Source: a virus
IMG/VR virus record: IMGVR_UViG_3300027784_000002
Location: 1-41,206 of that record
Direction: 5' to 3' (one strand)
DNA length: 41,206 bases
Of this stretch, positions 1 to 6,226 are shown piece after piece. The position numbers and the translations under genes are program-made. The notes under the pieces were generated by a model. That model was not told the origin of the DNA. It did no database searches and saw nothing but the letters and a program-made list of their open reading frames with translations. The first letter of the stretch is position 1. Each line of letters opens with the position of its first letter.

Positions 1-99
1 GAAGCAGGCAAAGAATACCAAAAGCACGCCACAGAGAAGTTTGCACTAGACCCAGAGTCATTTTACGCAGGAAAAATAAAAGCGTTAGAGGAATTATTA
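1..99. repeat. Terminal direct repeat copy 1 (exact match to 41108..41206); overlap of a circular or terminally redundant genome
   Basis: Read base by base: the first 99 nt (gaagcaggcaaagaatacc...gaggaattatta) are identical to the last 99 nt of the window. Confidence 0.97.
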
Positions 100-105
100 G
101 AATAA
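1..105 (+). CDS. 3' end of junction-spanning hypothetical protein (continuation of 40922..41206)
   Basis: Frame 1 is open from the window edge: EAGKEYQKHATEKFALDPESFYAGKIKALEELLE, then TAA at 103..105. It lies inside the terminal repeat. Confidence 0.7.
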   Translation, partial: EAGKEYQKHATEKFALDPESFYAGKIKALEELLE

Positions 106-109
106 AATT

Positions 110-376
110 ATGAATAGAGAAATAGAAACATTAGTATCAAAATATACAAAGATTATCCATCCTCAAGACACAGGGAAAGAAACTAATGATTTAGAAAACA
201 CACTTAGAAATCTAATAGAAGAACTTATCCTACAAGAAAGAGAGAGGATAATAGGGGAGATAGAAAAAATGAGAACCGCACCACCAGAAAACGCAAAAAC
301 AGAGGTGAAAGACACATTCCAAACGATAAATAATACTATATCAGGTATTGTTATGAGAATTAAAACCCTTAAATAA
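110..376 (+). CDS. Hypothetical small coiled-coil protein (88 aa)
   Basis: ORF track. Starts 4 nt after the preceding stop. Shares a QERERIIGEIEKM segment, and about 40 nt of DNA, with the next gene. Confidence 0.6.
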   Translation: MNREIETLVSKYTKIIHPQDTGKETNDLENTLRNLIEELILQERERIIGEIEKMRTAPPENAKTEVKDTFQTINNTISGIVMRIKTLK

Positions 377-414
377 CATCTAACCACTAACATTTAATAA
401 CTAATAATAAAACT

Positions 415-837
415 ATGAATAAAGAAATAAAAGACTGGAGAAAAGAGTTTGATAGGATTTTTGTTAGAGATGATGACCAAGTAATGGATAAGTATTCTTG
501 GTATAAGGCAGAAGACCCTATGGGTCCAAACAGAACACAAGATTCTATTAAGATTTTTATTGAAGAATTATTAGAAGAAATAGAGATAGAACACCAGAAG
601 GAACTTAAAGAAGTATATGAAGATGCAATCCAACAAGAAAGAGAGAGGATAAACGATGCCTACGATAAAGGTTCAGCAGAAGCCACTATGGTGTGCAATG
701 AAAAGACAATCCCACACGCAATTAAACAAGAAAGACAGAGGATAATAGGGGAGATAGAGAAGATGAAAATTTGGTCAAAGGGAACAGCAGAAGGAACTCG
801 TAAAGATATTATTTATAGACTAAAAAATAAACTATGA
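415..837 (+). CDS. Hypothetical protein (140 aa), paralogous segment to 110..376
   Basis: ORF track. Has an internal duplicated QERERI/QERQRIIGEIEKM motif and an ATGA stop/start overlap with the next gene. Confidence 0.65.
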   Translation: MNKEIKDWRKEFDRIFVRDDDQVMDKYSWYKAEDPMGPNRTQDSIKIFIEELLEEIEIEHQKELKEVYEDAIQQERERINDAYDKGSAEATMVCNEKTIPHAIKQERQRIIGEIEKMKIWSKGTAEGTRKDIIYRLKNKL

Positions 838-1268
838 AAAAAGGCAAACCACTCAATAAGACAAGAAAAAATAAATCCAAGAAACTGCTCTTGTTTGAGA
901 GGACGTGGAAAGTTTTTAGTAAATATATCCGGAACAGGGATAAGGGAAAATGTTTTACTTGCTCAACTGTAAATGATCCAAAGTATATGAACGCCGGACA
1001 CTTCAAACACGGAAAAGGCACTCCCATATATTTTGATGAGAAAAACGTTCATTGCCAATGCCCTCGTTGTAATATGTATTACAGCGGACAGCGCGACATA
1101 TATTTAAGAAATATACAAAAAAAGTATGGAGTGGAGGAAGGGGATCGTCTTTTAAGAGAGGGCCGGAAATCTCACTACTATACAATTAAGGAGTTGGAGG
1201 AAAAGAAAGAATACTACGAAGAGAAGTTAAAGGAAACGAAAAACCCCCCACCCTTCATCGGGACCTAG
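834..1268 (+). CDS. ninG: NinG/Rap-like protein (lambda NinG family, structure-specific endonuclease)
   Basis: Matches the remembered NinG family pattern: WKVFSKYIRNRDKGKCFTC...AGHFKHGK...FDEKNVHCQCPRCN. Last gene of the rightward arm. Confidence 0.6.
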   Translation: MKKGKPLNKTRKNKSKKLLLFERTWKVFSKYIRNRDKGKCFTCSTVNDPKYMNAGHFKHGKGTPIYFDEKNVHCQCPRCNMYYSGQRDIYLRNIQKKYGVEEGDRLLREGRKSHYYTIKELEEKKEYYEEKLKETKNPPPFIGT

Positions 1269-1500
1269 GGGGGCTAAAACTGTTTTTTTCTTAAAGGAAT
1301 TCCCTCTACAATAGAAGACGTATTTTGTCAACAATTGTTACACCTTAAAAGAGCGCAAAGAGAGGAAAGATTATAAGAAACAGCAGAATAAAAACGACAA
1401 TAAACCAGTAATACTTCTCTAAAAAAGCCATAGTTTTCTTCAAAAAAGTGCACAAAATAGCCATTTTAGGACACTTTTCGGTTAGGAATTAGCGATAAAT

Positions 1501-1884
1501 TTACTCAACGGAGATGTAATCCCGCGCGTTTTTAAGGAGACCTTGAAGCACCTTTTTACTACATTTTAGACAAAGGAATTTTCCGGTTGCATAACCACGA
1601 TAATTCTCAATGTAAACCCCTCTACCCTCCCCCTTTTCTATCCTTTTTCCACACTTCTGGCAATTACTTTTTGACGATGGTGCGACCTCAAAGTATTCAA
1701 TCATAAATTTTGTTAAATAAGTTGACACTCCTCCCTCTATAAAGTTAATTTCCTCGTCAGTTAGATCTATGTTATGTTCTTCGGCATAAATGTCTTTAAT
1801 AATGTCTCGTGCCTCTTCCGCGCTATCTGATATTATAGCAATATCGGAGATAATTTTTACTTCAAATTGATATTCTTTTTTCAT
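1501..1884 (-). CDS. Hypothetical protein with C-terminal CxxC...CxxC zinc module (zf-PARP-like spacing)
   Basis: ORF track. Contains SKSNCQKCGKRIEKGEGRG...FLCLKC. Last gene of the leftward arm. Confidence 0.6.
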   Translation of the reverse strand: MKKEYQFEVKIISDIAIISDSAEEARDIIKDIYAEEHNIDLTDEEINFIEGGVSTYLTKFMIEYFEVAPSSKSNCQKCGKRIEKGEGRGVYIENYRGYATGKFLCLKCSKKVLQGLLKNARDYISVE

Positions 1885-1895
1885 AGTTTAATAAC

Positions 1896-2147
1896 TTAAA
1901 ATGTTTTGTCTTCCTCCTCAACCCCATTTTTTAATCCCTTAATTATCTTCTCAAAAAACTCAATCACCTCTTTATTCTCCTCTTCATTTTCTCCGATAGG
2001 ATAACCCTCAATGCTATCCTTAATCATATCCATAATACCGTCCTCTCCAAGCCACTCAACTGCAAAATCAACAAACTCTTTCGTACTCAAATCTTCTCTC
2101 ACTATCTCTATCAACTCCTCTTTTAATTTGTCTATTTTATTTTCCAT
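1896..2147 (-). CDS. Highly acidic small protein (83 aa)
   Basis: ORF track. Very D/E-rich. Tightly packed in the leftward operon. Confidence 0.6.
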   Translation of the reverse strand: MENKIDKLKEELIEIVREDLSTKEFVDFAVEWLGEDGIMDMIKDSIEGYPIGENEEENKEVIEFFEKIIKGLKNGVEEEDKTF

Positions 2148-2150
2148 AAT

Positions 2151-2312
2151 TTAATAATTTAATTTAATATAAGAGACCAAACCATCTAACTCTTTTGCTA
2201 TATCTTCGCTTAATTCTTCGTGTACAACCTCCTTAAACTCTTTGTTTTTGTATTGTTCATTAAGATGTTTTCTCAACCACCATAAATGAGTAATTATTGT
2301 TTTATCGTTCAT
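2151..2312 (-). CDS. Hypothetical small protein (53 aa; below the ORF-track cutoff)
   Basis: Hand translation of the minus strand gives MNDKTIITHLWWLRKHLNEQYKNKEFKEVVHEELSEDIAKELDGLVSYIKLNY. It fills the gap between neighbours. A variant of the conserved leader motif lies upstream (2335..2350). Confidence 0.45.
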   Translation of the reverse strand: MNDKTIITHLWWLRKHLNEQYKNKEFKEVVHEELSEDIAKELDGLVSYIKLNY

Positions 2313-2334
2313 AACTTAATTACTTAATTAATAA

Positions 2335-2637
2335 TTACGACTTTATAATTCTAAAACAAGTATTTCTGTCTTTTAATTTTAGCTTTAAATACTTGTTGAA
2401 AAAATCTCTTTGCGTTAGGTTCATAAAGACAAAGCTATTTTCATTTTTTCCAAAGCTATCTTTTAAATATAATCTTTTCATATAGTCATCTTTATTCCAT
2501 TTCGGTAAAAACACCTCCGCTTGTAGAATGTCTTTTAATTTGTCTAGTGTTTCCCTTGTTATGTTTATTGTTTGCCTATAACAAGTTCCGTCTTTGTCCC
2601 ATTGTCTTTGATAATTGATAGCAAACTCTTTTTTCAT
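2335..2637 (-). CDS. Hypothetical protein (100 aa)
   Basis: ORF track. The conserved ATAAAGGTCGG leader motif (2658..2676) lies upstream of its ATG. Confidence 0.6.
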   Translation of the reverse strand: MKKEFAINYQRQWDKDGTCYRQTINITRETLDKLKDILQAEVFLPKWNKDDYMKRLYLKDSFGKNENSFVFMNLTQRDFFNKYLKLKLKDRNTCFRIIKS

Positions 2638-2727
2638 AATTTTAATAACTTAATTTATAATCCGACCTTTATAATCCTCTCATTACCACCCACTCCCTCC
2701 CTTTAAGGAATGGGCAGTATCAAAGGA

Positions 2728-3366
2728 CTATACTCTCTTTTCTAGCGGAACGTTGTTCCGGATATATGCTTTTACTTGCTTTATTTTCTTTTCTGTTTTC
2801 TCTTTTATATCACGATCCACCGCACTCTGTGCCTCCTCAATCATATCCTTAAACATATCGTCTCCTACAAACCCTCCACAACTATCAATGACTTCTCCGT
2901 CTTTCTCAACAACGTAAGCGTGTATATTATTAGCAAGAATATCATTCCACTCCTCTACCAACCTCCTAGCAATATCCTTCGCCTTGTCTCTCGTCAATCC
3001 CTTTCTCCTCTTTACAAACACTACTCCCAATTGGGAGACGTCCCAACCCCTATCCGGATAATTACCCTCATAAGAGAGAGATAAATTTATCATTCCGTGA
3101 ATGTATGCCTCTAACCCAAAACAGTGGTATTCTTTCTCAATCTCTTTTCCTCTCTCCTCATCCTCAGTATCCCAGTTATCTCCTCCCATAATATACGCGC
3201 AAACCTCTCTCTCAAACCCCTCTCTCTCAACTGAAAACTCTCTATGAAAACCCACCAGAAAGAGATCCTCATTCTCCTCCTCCTCCGGTGTAAAAGGATA
3301 ATCATAATCTTGGTAGATGTTTATAGAGTACGAACGATATTTTTTTGTCTCAATTATATCTTCCAT
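2728..3366 (-). CDS. Hypothetical early protein (212 aa), acidic N-terminus, AYVVEKDGEVIDSCGGFVGDD motif
   Basis: ORF track. Largest ORF of the early arm. The motif recalls an uncharacterised phage/plasmid family, but no family can be named from memory. Confidence 0.65.
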   Translation of the reverse strand: MEDIIETKKYRSYSINIYQDYDYPFTPEEEENEDLFLVGFHREFSVEREGFEREVCAYIMGGDNWDTEDEERGKEIEKEYHCFGLEAYIHGMINLSLSYEGNYPDRGWDVSQLGVVFVKRRKGLTRDKAKDIARRLVEEWNDILANNIHAYVVEKDGEVIDSCGGFVGDDMFKDMIEEAQSAVDRDIKEKTEKKIKQVKAYIRNNVPLEKRV

Positions 3367-3400
3367 AATTTACGAACTTTAATAATTTATAATACAACCT

Positions 3401-3808
3401 TTATCTTGTCTCAATCTCCTCCTCCAACTCATGGCCTTCTTTACTGTGCGCCCAGTCAAAAGGAACAGAGTAAACCTTTACCTTCTCCGGATAAACGCAA
3501 TAAAGATACTCAATATCTCCGTGAAAGTCCTTACAGATACCAAAACCTAGAACCTCAAAACCCTCACTTCTCCCTCCCCTGTATTCCTGCAAACTCCTAT
3601 CCGTCTCATTTGCAAAATACTGCAACGTCCTTGCGGATAAATACTCAACATCATACCCCCTTGCCAAAAGAAACCTTTGCACAAAAGGAATAAGAAGAGG
3701 CAAAACACCGTCCGGATAACCGTCCGAATGTTTATAGATCAGTGCCTCAAACTCCTCAAAACTTTTCTCCTCATTCTCATAAAAAGCAATGTTACAACGT
3801 GTAGACAT
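3401..3808 (-). CDS. Hypothetical early protein (135 aa), IYKHSDGYPDG motif
   Basis: ORF track. First gene downstream of the promoter at 3856..3884, with the leader motif at 3831..3845. Confidence 0.65.
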   Translation of the reverse strand: MSTRCNIAFYENEEKSFEEFEALIYKHSDGYPDGVLPLLIPFVQRFLLARGYDVEYLSARTLQYFANETDRSLQEYRGGRSEGFEVLGFGICKDFHGDIEYLYCVYPEKVKVYSVPFDWAHSKEGHELEEEIETR

Positions 3809-3855
3809 AATAAATGATAATTAAATGAATAATACGACCTTTAATAACTACCCCA

Positions 3856-3884
3856 ATTATAAGCGATAACAATATAAATGTCAA
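3856..3884 (-). promoter_or_regulatory. Sigma70-type early promoter (leftward)
   Basis: The minus strand reads aatcccTTGACA-17 nt-TATAAT, followed by the AAAGGTCGT leader and an ATG at 3808. Confidence 0.65.
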
Positions 3885-3950
3885 GGGATTATGAAGTGAA
3901 AGGAGTAAGAGATATCCGGTAATTCTCTCATAACTTTCTCATTATCACCA

Positions 3951-4078
3951 CAGAGAAAGAAACAAAAAGAAACACATAAGAGAAAGGGAAAGGATAAAGG
4001 GAAAAAAAAGGAAGGAGAATAGGGGAAAAGAAGGGAAAAGAAAGGAAAATGAAGGGAAATAAAGGAGGGAAATGAGCA
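3951..4078. repeat. Polypurine (A/G) tract with about 10-nt phased GGGAAA units
   Basis: The plus strand is almost all purine. Positions 4021..4070 read aggggaaaag aagggaaaag aaaggaaaat gaagggaaat aaaggaggga. Confidence 0.85.
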
Positions 4079-4226
4079 GAAAAAAATACAGCGCGAAGCA
4101 ATTTTCTCTCAATCCGGCCTTTATAATAGTATTCTTACGCTTAAAATAAAAAGAAAAAACCTTTTTTAGAAGTAGATTTGTTCCTAAAAAGTGCGATTTG
4201 CCACGTAGAGAGAGACAAAACGATAA

Positions 4227-4250
4227 CCTTGTGGAAAACCTTGTGGAAAA
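4227..4250. repeat. Exact tandem 12-mer x2 (ccttgtggaaaa), each containing a DnaA-box-like TGTGGAAAA
   Basis: Read directly. TGTGGAAAA differs at one position from TGTGGATAA, the complement of TTATCCACA. Confidence 0.8.
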
Positions 4251-4312
4251 CTCTCATTCTCTGTTAAAAACCAAAAGACGCCCAGAGCATTCCGGACGCC
4301 TTTTTTCTTCTC

Positions 4313-4531
4313 TTATAGGTACAAAATCGGATCCTCATCTCCGGCCAACTCCATTGCCATATCAACCCTTCCGGCATCAATCTGTTCATACATGTCCGCG
4401 CTTAATCTTCTGCGTGCTTCTTCTCTGCATTTAGGACTATCGCAATAGCCGTACATTGCATTCGTTCCGTAATAGTTTTTGCCGTGAGTTTCCCCCTCCT
4501 TTTCACAAATATCACAATCATAGTAATACAT
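4313..4531 (-). CDS. Cys-rich small protein (72 aa)
   Basis: ORF track 4313..4576, trimmed to the internal ATG (MYYYDCDICEKEG...). The conserved leader motif (4551..4568) lies 25 nt upstream of that ATG and directly follows the upstream stop. Confidence 0.55.
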   Translation of the reverse strand: MYYYDCDICEKEGETHGKNYYGTNAMYGYCDSPKCREEARRRLSADMYEQIDAGRVDMAMELAGDEDPILYL

Positions 4532-4572
4532 AAAAACGAACTTTAATTTTTTAATACGACCTTTTTTATTCC

Positions 4573-4890
4573 TCACAAAAATTTTCTTCTGTATTCTTCG
4601 TATATATTATTAGCCTCCTGTATCCAACTATCAAGGTTTGCCAGTGCTATCTCTGCTTCTGTATCTTCCCTCTCTGCGTCCCTTTCCAGAAAGTCTCTGT
4701 CTTCTTTTGCTTCCAGTATTCTATCCGGCATATCTACCTCAAAACTTGTATATTCTCCAAAATCGTGAGCGTTTTCTTTTTCCCAAACTCTTCCTCCAAT
4801 TTTCCCGAACTCCTCTTGTAAATAAAGAAGTGCTTCCTCTTGTTTTTTTATGGGAGTATCAAAAGTATCCCAAGATCCAATTTTGTTCAT
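4573..4890 (-). CDS. Acidic hypothetical protein (105 aa)
   Basis: ORF track. First gene after the promoter at 4940..4968. Confidence 0.6.
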   Translation of the reverse strand: MNKIGSWDTFDTPIKKQEEALLYLQEEFGKIGGRVWEKENAHDFGEYTSFEVDMPDRILEAKEDRDFLERDAEREDTEAEIALANLDSWIQEANNIYEEYRRKFL

Positions 4891-4939
4891 AATTTTAATA
4901 ACTTAATGCTTTAATAATACGACCTTTTTATATATTATA

Positions 4940-4968
4940 AGTATAAGCGATTGTCTTCTACTTGTCAA
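4940..4968 (-). promoter_or_regulatory. Sigma70-type early promoter (leftward)
   Basis: The minus strand reads aatcccTTGACA-17 nt-TATACT, followed by AAAAAGGTCGTATTA and 29 nt to the ATG at 4890. Confidence 0.65.
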
Positions 4969-4972
4969 GGGA

Positions 4973-5170
4973 TTATAGTCTCCGGAGTGCTTCTTTTATT
5001 CTCTTTATGTTTGTGTCTTTCGTTGTCTGAATAACTATGTTCCGGCCGTCTTTGTATGGCCTGAATTTCAATAGTCCTTTTCTGTATAACCTGCCAATAT
5101 ATTTTATCCGGCCGGCGTTGCTTTCTACAAAAATTCCGTCTCTTGTTGTATGGTTTTTTATGTTCAGCAT
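4973..5170 (-). CDS. Basic small protein (65 aa; alternative start at 5248 gives 91 aa)
   Basis: ORF track 4973..5248. Region 5171..5226 is homologous to the intergenic spacer at 5517..5578. GAGGAG lies 4 nt before the ATG at 5170, which favours the internal start. Confidence 0.5.
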   Translation of the reverse strand: MLNIKNHTTRDGIFVESNAGRIKYIGRLYRKGLLKFRPYKDGRNIVIQTTKDTNIKRIKEALRRL

Positions 5171-5222
5171 TTTACTCCTCTTATCTCCACTCTCTACCGT
5201 AGTAAAGAATGGAGTAAAGGGA

Positions 5223-5441
5223 CTAACTATGATCTCTACCCTCTCCACAATACACGCAATATCCTCCGGGGTTCATAGAGTGCTTACATTCCTCCTCTTC
5301 CTTTTCTGTTTTATCTCCTTCGTGCTCTTCTATCTTCTCTCTTATGTCTCTCACTAATTCCTCTATATCATCTCCATTCAACGGCTCATCAAAGCTTGCT
5401 CTTCTGTTTATGATAATCTGCTCTAATGTTTTCTGTATCAT
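5223..5441 (-). CDS. Acidic small protein (72 aa) with C-terminal CxxC
   Basis: ORF track. First gene after the promoter at 5488..5516. Confidence 0.6.
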   Translation of the reverse strand: MIQKTLEQIIINRRASFDEPLNGDDIEELVRDIREKIEEHEGDKTEKEEEECKHSMNPGGYCVYCGEGRDHS

Positions 5442-5487
5442 ATTATTTAACTATTATTTAATAATCACGACCTTTGTTACTACTATC

Positions 5488-5516
5488 AGTATAATCTATC
5501 TACAAACATATGTCAA
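5488..5516 (-). promoter_or_regulatory. Sigma70-type early promoter (leftward)
   Basis: The minus strand reads aatcccTTGACA-17 nt-TATACT, followed by AAAGGTCGTGATTA and 26 nt to the ATG at 5441. Confidence 0.65.
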
Positions 5517-5575
5517 GGGATTTACTCCATTTATCTCTACTCACTTTCACCATAAAAGCAAGTAGAGTAAAGGGA

Positions 5576-5716
5576 CTATATTCTCCTCACCACTTCTCTT
5601 GCACCCTTCTTATACACGGTAACGCAAACAAGGTTGCCTTCTCTATCATATACGGCCCAATTCCTCCCGTTCCACTTCCTCATGCTTGGTTGTTTCTCTT
5701 TTGTATCTTCTGACAT
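5576..5716 (-). CDS. Hypothetical small basic protein (46 aa)
   Basis: ORF track 5576..5758, trimmed to MSEDTKEKQ.... The leader motif (5735..5750) and the upstream gene's stop (5745..5747) both lie inside the longer version. Confidence 0.5.
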   Translation of the reverse strand: MSEDTKEKQPSMRKWNGRNWAVYDREGNLVCVTVYKKGAREVVRRI

Positions 5717-5744
5717 AATAAATATATTGATTTGTAAACGACCT

Positions 5745-5939
5745 TTATTCTCTTCCAATCTCTTTGTACCAATCCTCTAACTCTGCAATGAAGTCGCAAG
5801 TATAGTACTTCGGATAGTTCTCCACTGCTATATCCCAAAGTCTGTTGATGAAATACTTCACTTCTGTCTCATCAGGTTTGCTCTCTATCATGTCCACAAG
5901 TTCTTCCTTTGATTTGTTTAATAGTTCTCCTCGGTTCAT
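5745..5939 (-). CDS. Hypothetical small acidic protein (64 aa)
   Basis: ORF track. The leader motif at 5958..5975 lies 23 nt upstream of its ATG. Confidence 0.6.
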   Translation of the reverse strand: MNRGELLNKSKEELVDMIESKPDETEVKYFINRLWDIAVENYPKYYTCDFIAELEDWYKEIGRE

Positions 5940-5968
5940 TTTTATGTTACTTGGTTTGTAAACGACCT

Positions 5969-6139
5969 TTATCTAATACCACACTGCTCTTGTTGCCACT
6001 CAGTGTAATAGAAGTTTTCATATTGCTCTTCCATTCTCTCCCATTTATTACACTCATACTCTTCATACTTCCCGATAACAAGCAAAGACATGGCAAAGAA
6101 TAATATAGCAATGAAAGTGGTTATGATTACAACTCTCAT
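5969..6139 (-). CDS. Small membrane protein (56 aa; below the ORF-track cutoff)
   Basis: Hand translation gives MRVVIITTFIAILFFAMSLLVIGKYEEYECNKWERMEEQYENFYYTEWQQEQCGIR, with an N-terminal TM helix. First gene after the promoter at 6180..6207. Confidence 0.5.
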   Translation of the reverse strand: MRVVIITTFIAILFFAMSLLVIGKYEEYECNKWERMEEQYENFYYTEWQQEQCGIR

Positions 6140-6179
6140 GATTTATGTTGATTGATTTGTAAACGACCTTTATACTCTA

Positions 6180-6207
6180 ATTATAATCTACCACAATTAT
6201 TTGTCAA
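6180..6207 (-). promoter_or_regulatory. Sigma70-type early promoter (leftward), divergent from the late promoter
   Basis: The minus strand reads TTGACA-16 nt-TATAAT, followed by tagagTATAAAGGTCGTTTA and 24 nt to the ATG at 6139. Confidence 0.65.
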
Positions 6208-6226
6208 GTGATTTGCCCAGATCTCT

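Noticed and set aside
1244-1273. A C6...G6 hairpin around the ninG stop as an intrinsic terminator of the rightward arm.
   Set aside because: The stem is only 6 bp, the loop is 18 nt, and the T run starts about 9 nt after the stem. This is not a convincing terminator geometry.
1345-1431. Minus-strand 28-aa hydrophobic micro-ORF (MAFLEKYYWFIVVFILLFLIIFPLFALF) downstream of the last early gene.
   Set aside because: It is plausible as a tiny membrane peptide. However, it is very short, has no leader motif or SD, and lies in the convergent terminal gap. There is not enough support to annotate it.
3951-4078. The purine-rich repeat region as a CRISPR array or iteron array.
   Set aside because: The units are degenerate 10-nt A/G words with no repeat-spacer organisation. 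No exact iterons longer than about 9 nt occur.
3945-4112. A TTG-initiated minus-strand ORF of 55 codons through the polypyrimidine strand (RENCFALYFFLLISLLYFPSFSFLFPSF...).
   Set aside because: The F/L/S/P composition is simply the translation of a T/C-only tract. There is no ATG start. The region is better explained as a structural DNA element.
5037-6103. Plus-strand ORFs in the early arm (5037..5357, 5344..5565, 5510..5713, 5909..6103, 3244..3693, 4198..4434, 4638..4892).
   Set aside because: They are antisense to the coherent minus-strand operons, which have promoters and leader motifs. Their products are hydrophobic and low-complexity, typical of AT-rich antisense frames.
2335-6175. Plus-strand strings such as TAATACGACCTTTA and AATTACGACTTTATAAT share the first 9 nt (TAATACGAC) with the T7 RNA polymerase promoter.
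   Set aside because: In that orientation they would fire antisense to every gene in the arm. The rest of the T7 consensus (TCACTATAG) is absent. No single-subunit RNA polymerase gene is visible. They are better read as the reverse complement of the gene-sense AAAGGTCGT leader motif.
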